64,000 bases of DNA from Octopus sinensis (Eukaryota): assembly GCF_006345805.1 (NCBI RefSeq), contig NC_043026.1, positions 11,697,579 to 11,761,578 on the forward strand. The letters run 5' to 3'. Within the stretch, counting starts at the first letter, position 1, and the number at the start of each line of letters is the position of its first letter. The position numbers and the translations under genes are program-made. Below, one piece after another: positions 55,695-64,000 of this stretch. The notes under the pieces are model-generated. The model had not been told where the DNA came from. It saw nothing but the letters and a program-made list of their open reading frames with translations, and searched no databases.

Positions 55695-57584
55695 TCACCG
55701 ACTACGCCTGTGTACTACTACAGAGAATGACTTCTTACAAATATCACACTTATATGGCTTCTTTCCTGTATGAATATACTTGTGTGTTTTTAAACTACTA
55801 ACTTGAGAGAATGATTTACCACAAATATCACACTGGTATGGCTTCTCTCCTGTATGAATACGTTTATGAGCAGTCAAACTTCCATTCTGAGAGAAAGATT
55901 TATTGCAGATGTCACACTGGTATGGCTTCTCTCCTGTATGAATACGTTTGTGTGTAGTTAATGCACCACTTCCAGCGAATGATTTACCACAGATATTACA
56001 GTGATATGGTTTCTCTCCTGTGTGAATACGTTTGTGTGTAGTTAACGCACCACTTACAGCGAATGATTTACCACAGATATTACAGTGATATGGTTTCTCT
56101 CCTGTGTGAATACGTTTGTGTACTCTTAAATCATGATGTTGAGAAAATGATCTGCTACGAATATCACATTTATATGGTTTCTCTCCTGAATGAATACGTT
56201 TATGTGATGTTAAGCTACAACGTACGGAGAATGATTTACCACAAATATCACACCGATATGGTTTCTCTCCTGTATGAATACGTTTATGCACCGCTAAGTT
56301 ACTACTTAAAGAGAATGATTTACCACAGATATCACACCGATATGGCTTCTCACCTGTGTGACTACGCTTGTGTGTCATTACACTACTACTGTTAAAAAAT
56401 GACTTCTTACAAATATCACACTGAAACGGCTTCTTTCCTGTATGAATACGCTTGTGTGCACTTAAACTACTAATTTGAGAGAATGACTTCTTACAAATAT
56501 CACACTGGTATGGCTTCTCTCCTGTATGAATACGTTTGTGTATACTTAATGCACTACTTGCAGTGAATGATTTACCACAGATAATACACTGATATGGCTT
56601 CTCTCCTGTATGAATATATTTATGTACTTTTAAGGCATTATTTCCACAGAATGATTTACCACAGATATCACAGTTATATGGCTTCTCTCTTGTGTAAATA
56701 CATTTATGTACTTTTAAGGAATTACTTCCACAGAATGATTTACCACAGATATTACAGTGATATGGTTTCTCTCCTGTATGAATACATTTGTGTTTTCGTA
56801 AGTTAGAACCTGCAGTGAATGTTTTACCACAGATATTACACTGATATGGTTTTTCTCCTGTATGTAGACGTTTGTGTATAGTGAAGCATTCAAGTCGAGA
56901 AAATGATTTACTACAGACATCACACTGATATGGCTTCTCTCCTGTATGAATCAGTTTGTGTTTAGTTAAAGAATTATTTCTGGTGAAAGATATACCACAA
57001 ATGTCACAATGAAATGGTTTCTCTCCTGTATGAATACGTTTATGTACAGTTAGGCTTCCATTCGCAGAGAATGATTTACCACAGATATTACAGTGATATG
57101 GCTTCTCACCTGTATGTATACGTTGGTGAGATTTAAATGGAGTGATGCCAGAGTATGATTTACCACAGATATTACAGCAATACGGAATCTCTCCTGTATG
57201 AATTCGCTTGTGGAAATATAAAGCACTCCCTCCAGAGAATGATTTACCACAGATATCACAATGATATGGCTTCTCTCCTGTATGAGTACGTCTGTGTGTA
57301 GTTAGGTTTCCATTCTGAGAGAAGGATTTGCCACAGATATCACATCTATATGGCTTCTCTCCCGTATGAACTCGTTGGTGAGATGTTAAGTTAGCACGTA
57401 TAGAGAATGATTTCCCACAGATATTGCAGCAATATTGTTTCTTCCCTGTATGACTACGCCTATGTTTAATCAGGTTACGTTTCTGGGAGAACAACTTTTC
57501 ACAGCTATTAAATTCACTTGATGGTTTTCCTGTATTTTTAGGCATGTCTTTTCTCAATCTCGCGAGTTTTTGACGTTTTTGCAT
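55695..57584 (-). CDS. Poly-C2H2 zinc-finger protein ZF6 (~630 aa, ~20 fingers), C-terminus disrupted by deletions
   Basis: ATG at 57584 (MQKRQKL; MPKN at 57545); tandem C2H2 fingers; scrambled finger remnants at 55565-55720; acceptor at 57622-57621. Confidence 0.85.
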   Translation of the reverse strand: MQKRQKLARLRKDMPKNTGKPSSEFNSCEKLFSQKRNLIKHRRSHTGKKQYCCNICGKSFSIRANLTSHQRVHTGEKPYRCDICGKSFSQNGNLTTHRRTHTGEKPYHCDICGKSFSGGSALYFHKRIHTGEIPYCCNICGKSYSGITPFKSHQRIHTGEKPYHCNICGKSFSANGSLTVHKRIHTGEKPFHCDICGISFTRNNSLTKHKLIHTGEKPYQCDVCSKSFSRLECFTIHKRLHTGEKPYQCNICGKTFTAGSNLRKHKCIHTGEKPYHCNICGKSFCGSNSLKVHKCIYTREKPYNCDICGKSFCGNNALKVHKYIHTGEKPYQCIICGKSFTASSALSIHKRIHTGEKPYQCDICKKSFSQISSLSAHKRIHTGKKPFQCDICKKSFFNSSSVMTHKRSHTGEKPYRCDICGKSFSLSSNLAVHKRIHTGEKPYRCDICGKSFSVRCSLTSHKRIHSGEKPYKCDIRSRSFSQHHDLRVHKRIHTGEKPYHCNICGKSFAVSGALTTHKRIHTGEKPYHCNICGKSFAGSGALTTHKRIHTGEKPYQCDICNKSFSQNGSLTAHKRIHTGEKPYQCDICGKSFSQVSSLKTHKYIHTGKKPYKCDICKKSFSVVVHRRSR

Positions 57585-57837
57585 TATTTTTCTTCTCAAA
57601 AAAAAAAACAACAAAATATTCTGAAATAATGAAGAAACATCAGATTAAAATACAGAGGTTAATTGAAAATCAGAGATTTAATAGTTGAAAATTTATAACA
57701 TTTCTATAGAAATGAATTGCACGAACAAATATTTACTTTAACGACTGAACATTTTAATTTACTAAAATTTACGTAACAGAAGCATACACATTTGTAAACT
57801 AGAGCTACACCTTCACATTGTGCTAAAATATATATTA

Positions 57838-58158
57838 ATATAATAATGAAATTATTGTATACAGTGCTCAGGTGCACCACAACTTGTCAGAAAGTGCGTA
57901 TAAAGTACATGCAGTAATGTAGAAATGTCTGGAGAGCGAACATGCTTGTGTGTGTATGGAAGGGAGAAAATCAAGTGTAGTGTTGGCGAATCTCAGGAAG
58001 CATGGAAGTTTTGAAGGATGCAGTGCTCCGACAACTAACAACCGATGCCGGCAGTTTGTTCCATGCTTCAGCAACTCTCAGCGTGAAAAAATGTTTCCTG
58101 AAGTCATGGGAGCTGTGCTGTTTTCTGACTTTGTAAATGTGTCCACGGGTGTTAGATG
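57838..58158 (-). mobile_element. CR1 3' fragment at the same intronic site as in ZF4
   Basis: Reverse complement of the 38554/39211 insertion with matching junctions. Confidence 0.85.
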
Positions 58159-58329
58159 GTATATTAAGCTACAAAATAGTGGACGATAACACTCTCTCTC
58201 CAAAATTATAATTGGACATGGTTATTCAGCCCGAGGTCAGCACAAGTGCTCTTTATGTGGTGCAAGTACAAGGGTTCTTTATGTGGCACCAGCATTTGTG
58301 GCATAACACTCTGTCATGTATTACACATC

Positions 58330-58975
58330 CAGTGGATCATGCTAGCTTCATTTCTTTCAAGCCTACGCATGTTCTCAGCATTCCTGGCCCATGTTTCACT
58401 GCCATGTAGCATGTCAGTTCACACACATGCATCATACATATTTCTTTATTACCCACAAGGGGCTAAACATAGAGGGGGACAAACAAGGACAGACATAGGT
58501 ATTAAGTCGATCACATCGACCCCAGTGCGTAACTGGTACTTTAATTTATCGACCCCGAAAGGATGAAAGGCAAAGTCGACCTCGGCGGAATTTGAACTCA
58601 CAACGTAACGGCAGACGAAATACCGCAAAGCATTTCGCCCGGCGTGCTAACGTTTCTGCCAGCTCGCCGCCTTGCATCATACAGTCTACCTTTCACCCTG
58701 AGCGAGAGGCCTTTAGTTACCAGCAGAGGTATGAGCTCCCTGAACTTTGCCCAAGCTATTCTCAACCCTAGTCGCTACACTCTCAGAGCAACCACCCCTA
58801 CTACAGATTTGGTTGCCTAGGTAGCAGAAGCTATTAACTACTTCTTTGTTTCTTCCCCTGGCATGTGATGGAATCTGTTTTCTGTACATCTTCAGCGTAT
58901 CTGCCACACACAAAAAACTATTTTCCCGGGTAACCTTCCTTTGATATTGCTGCACCTTTTATGTGTCCATAGCTT
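58330..58975 (-). mobile_element. RTE RT fragment split by a family B SINE (58439-58672)
   Basis: EVVNSFCYLGNQI..GGCSES; 11-bp TSD TGCATCATACA at 58428-58438 and 58673-58683. Confidence 0.8.
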
Positions 58976-59073
58976 ACACCGGGTACATCAGTTTTTAAAT
59001 TTTATTCTGCAATCTGGGATTATTGCATGTATTATATCCAGTGGGTTTATGATGTAGGAAAAAGATATTTTTT

Positions 59074-60070
59074 GGATCTTTTCGGTTTGAACGGCAGTTT
59101 GTAACACAATTTCTAGGCAACTAAAAAATTTTAAACTTCGTATACTGGTAGAATGTATAGCTATGGTAAGACCTCACCTGGAATTTGCATCACCGGTCTG
59201 GAACCCCTATCTTGCCCAGGACATCAATCGTCTGGAAGCTGTTCAGCGACGTGCAACCAAAAGAATACCCTCCATCAGGCATTTGCCATATCCTGAACGC
59301 CTTACTTCCCTGGGCATGGACACATTGAAACTCCGACGTCTGGCAGCTGACTTGGCAGACACCCATAAAATTATCAACCATCGCACAAACAATAACTCTG
59401 AGCATCTTTTCAAACTCCACCCGTCTAACACCCGTGGACATATTTACAAAGTCAGAAAACAGCACAGCTCCCATGACTTTCAGAAACATTTTTTCACGCT
59501 GAGAGTTGCTGAAGCATGGAACAAACTGCCGGCATCAGTTGTTAGTTGTCGGAGCACTGCATCCTTCAAAACTTCCATGCTTCCTGAGATTCGCCAACAC
59601 TACACCTGATTTTCTCCCCTCCATACACACACAAACATGTTCACTTTCCAGACATTTCTACATTACTGCATGTACTTTATATGCACTTTCTGACAAGTTG
59701 TGGTGCACCTGAGCACTGTATACAATAATTTCATTATTATTATAAAACATCTTTTTCTCTTGGCTTTCTTGAGAAAATTCTATAGTTTGTAAGATATTTG
59801 GTCTTTAATTTCTTGCATTTCGGCAATTTCAACCAATCAATGACCGTCTATTGAGATGAAAACATTCTGTGCCGCATGAATATGTCCCTCGTTTAAGAAA
59901 CAGATCGGGTTTATTTACATTTGTGAAGAAAAAAAAAGATATCCTCCCCACCCCACCCCTAATCCTAAAACAGATTGAAATGCAATAGATCGATACTAGG
60001 GTCATAATTATGGGTGACAATTTCATTTTGACACCGCTAGAAAAAACTGCCGTTCAAACCGAAAAGATCC
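59074..60070. mobile_element. MITE (same family as 12245-12634) carrying a nested CR1 fragment
   Basis: TIRs GGATCTTTTCGGTTTGAACGGCAGTTT / AAACTGCCGTTCAAACCGAAAAGATCC. Confidence 0.85.
59157..59741 (+). mobile_element. CR1-clade LINE 3' fragment (RT thumb region)
   Basis: VRPHLEFASPVWNPYLAQDINRLEAVQRRATKRIP...YPERLTSLGMDTLKLRR...FFTLRVAEAWNKLP; (ATT)n tail. Confidence 0.9.
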
Positions 60071-60118
60071 TATTTTTGTTTTAATATTATACTTTTACTT
60101 CGTTTCACACATACAATA

Positions 60119-60280
60119 GGCGCAGGAGTGGCTGTGTGGTAAGTAGCTTGCTAACCAACCACATGGTTCCGGGTTCAGTCCCACTGCGTGGCATCTTGGG
60201 CAAGTGTCTTCTGCTATAGCCCCGGGCCGACCAATACCTTGTAAGTGGATTTGGTAGGCAGAAACTGAAAGAAGCCTGTC

Positions 60281-60351
<71 letters not shown>

Positions 60352-60573
60352 CATGTGTGTGTTTGTGTGTCTGTGTTTGTTCCCCTAGCATTGCTTGACA
60401 ACCGATGCTGGTGTGTTTACGTCCCCGTCACTTAGCGGTTCGGCAAAAGAGACCGATAGAATAAGTACTGGGCTTACAAAAAGAATAAGTCCCGGGGTCC
60501 AGTTGCTCGACTAAAGGCGGTGCTCCAGCATGGCCGCAGTCAAATGACTGAAACAAGTAAAAGAGTAAAAGAG
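60119..60573 (+). mobile_element. SINE family A
   Basis: Full-length match. Confidence 0.9.
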
Positions 60574-60849
60574 TATATTAGGAGGTTACGCAAAAGAAAT
60601 CCTAGTTTTTTTTTTTCTCTTAGTGAAAATCGTGCGGGTGGAAGAATCAAATAACACCACGTATATTGTAGTGTCTGGGGAGAGTCATTTTCATTTTGTG
60701 CCTTATAATTTAACACACACACACACCAGTAAAATTTCCACTTCTTATTATTTTATTCTCCTAAAATTTTCGTTGCGTCTTGCAACCTTTTCAAGTCTTG
60801 ACTCTGTCCGTTATTCACACTGCGTTCCTTTTTGTTTGTTTGTGCGTGT

Positions 60850-62070
60850 GTGTGTATGTACGTATGTACGTGTGTATGTATGTATGTATGTATGTATGTA
60901 TGTATGTATGTATGTATGTATGTATGTATGTATGTATGTGTGTATGTATGTATGTACGTATGTATGTATGTATGTATGTATGTATGTATGTATGTTTGTA
61001 TGTATGTATGTATGTATGTATGTTTGTATGTATGTATGTATGTACGTACGTACGTACGTATGTATGTATGCATGTATGTATGTATTTATGTATGTTTGTA
61101 TGTATGTATGTACGTACGTACGTACGTATGTATGTATGCATGTATGTATGTATGTATGTATGTATGTGTGTATGTATGTATGTATGTATGTATGTATGTA
61201 TGTATGTATGTATATATGTATGTGTGTATGTATGTATGTATGTATATATGTATGTATGTATGTATATATGTATGTGTGTATGTATGTATGTATGTATGTA
61301 TGTATGTATGTATGTGTGTATGTATGCATGTATGTATGTATGTATATATGTTTGTATGTATGTATGTATGCATGTATGTATGTATGTATGTATGTATGTA
61401 TGTATGTATGCGTGTATGTATGTATGCACGTATGTATGTATGTATGTATGTATGTATGTATGTATGTATGTATGTGTGTATGTATGTATGTATTTAAGTA
61501 TGCATGTATGTATGTATGTATGTATGTATGTATGTGTGTATGTATGTATGTATGTATGTATGTATGTATGTATGTTATGTATGTATGTATGTATGCATGT
61601 ATGTGTGTATGTATGTATGTATATATGTTTGTATGTATGTGTGTATGCATGTATGTATGTATATATGTTTGTATGTATGTATGTATGTATGTATGTAAGT
61701 ATGTATGTATGTATGCATGTATGTATGCATGTATGTATGTATGTATGTATGTATATATGTTTGTTTGTATGTATGTATGTATGTATGTATGCGTGTATGT
61801 ATGTATGCATGTATGTATGCATGTATGTATGTATGTATGTATGTATGCGTGTATGTATGTATGCACGTATGTATGTATGTATGTATGTATGTATGTATGT
61901 ATGTATGTATGTATGCGTGTATGTATGTATGCATGTATGTATGTATGTATGTATGTATGTATGTATGTATGTATGTATATGTGTCTGTATGTATGTATGT
62001 GTGTGTACGTATATATATGTGTGTATGCATATGTATATATGTATGTATGTGTGTGCATCTGTATGTATGT
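60850..62070. repeat. ~1.2-kb degenerate (TATG)n microsatellite
   Basis: Direct inspection. Confidence 0.98.
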
Positions 62071-62483
62071 ATTCTGCATTTTCATGTGCTTGCGTGTCCG
62101 TGTTTGTGTATTTTCTAAGTATGGTACATAGTTGCATAACACACACACACACACACACACAGACATGCACACACAAGGAGAGAGAGGTGCATACATATAC
62201 AAACACACGTTCACCCACACCCATTTTCTATAAATAGAAAATTCACAAACACGGACATGCAAGGGATCTTTTCCTTTTGATGGCCATAATTCAACACAAT
62301 TTCTAGTTAACTAAACACTTTTGAAACTTCGTATACTGGTAGAATGTGTCAAAAGAAAACATTATTTTCACTTGGCTTTTTTGATAAATTTGTAATTCGT
62401 TTGTTTAACGTAGTTTAATTTTTCGAATTTTAACCAATCCTATCGCCTCTATTGAGCTGAAATCATTTGCTGTTTTATCGATA

Positions 62484-62981
62484 TCTTTATATATAAAAGT
62501 CAAGTTGTCTGTCTGTCTCCTACGATTTAGATTCCTAACTACTCCCACATTTTGCGGTGCAGTTTAACCAAAACCGGGTATCTTATAGTCGTGATTCATA
62601 TCGAGCCCTTCTGGGTATTAGCGCGCGTCTACGATGAGTCTACGATTAAAAAAAAAATTTACCATCATTTTTTTTCCATTTTAATGCATTTTTCGCTATT
62701 ATATAAGGGAAGTAACTCTCTAAAAATGTCTACGATGAGTCTACGATTTAAAAAAAAATTTACCATAATTTTTTTCCATTTTAATGCATTTTTTCGCTAT
62801 TATATAAGGGAAGTAACTCTCTAAAAATATCTACGATGAGTCAACGATTTAAAAAAAAATTTAAAATCATTTTTTTTCCATTTTTAATGCATTTTTTGCT
62901 ACATTTTGGCTATAACTCTCAAAAAATGCTTATATAGTTATTTCCCTTACAAACCCGAGCAACGCCGGGCGATACTGCTAG
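62484..62981 (+). mobile_element. Non-autonomous Helitron with three ~100-bp internal tandem repeats
   Basis: A|TCTTTATATATAAAAG 5' end; 3' hairpin CCCGAGCAACGCCGGG then CTAG|T; repeats starting ~62628, ~62729 and ~62830. Confidence 0.8.
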
Positions 62982-63208
62982 TTGATAAACAAACGAGGAA
63001 AAGATCCGATGCAAGCAGATAAATATGCAGGATACATACAGATGCACACACATACATACGTACATGCATGCATGTATAGGCACACACACACACACACACA
63101 AACAAAAAAGGAACGCAGTGTAAATAACGGTCAGTCAAGACTTTAAAAGGTTGCAAGACGCAACGAAAATTTTAGGAGAATAAAATAATAAGAAGTGGAA
63201 ATTTTACC

Positions 63209-63751
63209 GGCGCAGGAGTGGCTGTGTGGTAAGTAGCTTGTTTACCAACCACATGGTTCCGGGTTCAGTCCCACTGCGTGGTACCTTGGGCAAGTGTTTT
63301 CTACTATTGCCTCGGGCCGACCAAAGCCTTGCGAGTGGATTTGGTAGACGGAAACTGAAAGATGCCCGTCGCATATATATATATATAAATATATATAGGC
63401 GCAGGAGTGGCTGTGTGGTAAGTAGCTTGTTTATCAACCACATGGTTCCGGGTTCAGTCCCACTGCGTGGTACCTTGGGCAAGTGTTTTCTACTATTGCC
63501 TCGGGCCGACCAAAGCCTTGCGAGTGGATTTGGTAGACGGAAACTGAAAGATGCCCGTCGCATATATATATATATAAATATATATAGGCGCAGGAGTGGC
63601 TGTGTGGTAAGTAGCTTGTTTACCAACCACATGGTTCCGGGTTCAGTCCCACTGCGTGGTACCTTGGACAAGTGTCTTCTACTATAGCCTCGGGCCGACC
63701 AAAGCCTTGCGAGTGGATTTGGTAGACGGAAACTGAAAGAAGCCCTTCGTA

Positions 63752-63800
<49 letters not shown>

Positions 63801-64000
63801 TTGTGCGTCTGTGTTTGTCCCCCTAGCATTGCTTGACAACCGATGCTGGTGTGTTTATGTCCCCGTTACTTAGCGGTTCAGCAAAATAGACCGATAGAAT
63901 AAGTACTGGGCTTACAAAAGAATAAGTCCCGGGGTCGAGTTGCTCGATTAAAGGCGGTGCTCCAGCATGGTCGCAGTCAAATGACTGAAACAAGTAAAAG
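63209..64000 (+). mobile_element. SINE family A with a triplicated head (189-bp period)
   Basis: Heads start at 63209, 63398 and 63587, followed by a single tail. Confidence 0.9.

Noticed and set aside
60762-60800. TTGAAAAG-GTTGC..GCAAC-GAAA as a degenerate hammerhead (minus strand; also ~63165)
   Set aside because: Core does not match CUGANGA and there is no stem I pairing
60623-62262. Long ORFs of 469-502 aa (MYVC/HTYI repeats)
   Set aside because: Stop-free translations of the (TATG)n microsatellite, not genes

Overview
AT-rich, repeat-dense eukaryotic DNA, most likely an octopus (coleoid cephalopod). This is inferred from the octopus-type tRNA-derived SINEs and the clustered effector-less C2H2 zinc-finger genes. 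The left 12 kb holds a replication-dependent histone quartet (divergent H2A/H2B and H3/H4 pairs, each with a 16-nt 3' stem-loop, no H1) between two copies of a direct repeat about 11 kb apart. From 13 to 64 kb there are six tandem and inverted poly-C2H2 paralogs (about 16-28 fingers, some truncated) plus one fragment. Most share an NRF1-like promoter motif, a non-coding first exon, an intron, a long leader and a conserved 3' UTR. They are interleaved with four SINE families, CR1, RTE and Tx1-like LINE fragments, MITEs, a non-autonomous Helitron and a Penelope-like (Naiad-type) GIY-YIG remnant. The most notable unannotated signals are: two minimal type I hammerhead ribozymes in (TA)n tracts, one in the loop of a hairpin with ~120-bp arms inside a zinc-finger intron; a non-canonical pyrimidine-rich element downstream of all four histone stem-loops; recurrent same-site self-insertion of a Meta-domain SINE whose tail matches a Tx1-like LINE; and a frame-conserved micro-ORF in the zinc-finger leaders. 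All calls come from reading the sequence by eye; no searches were run.
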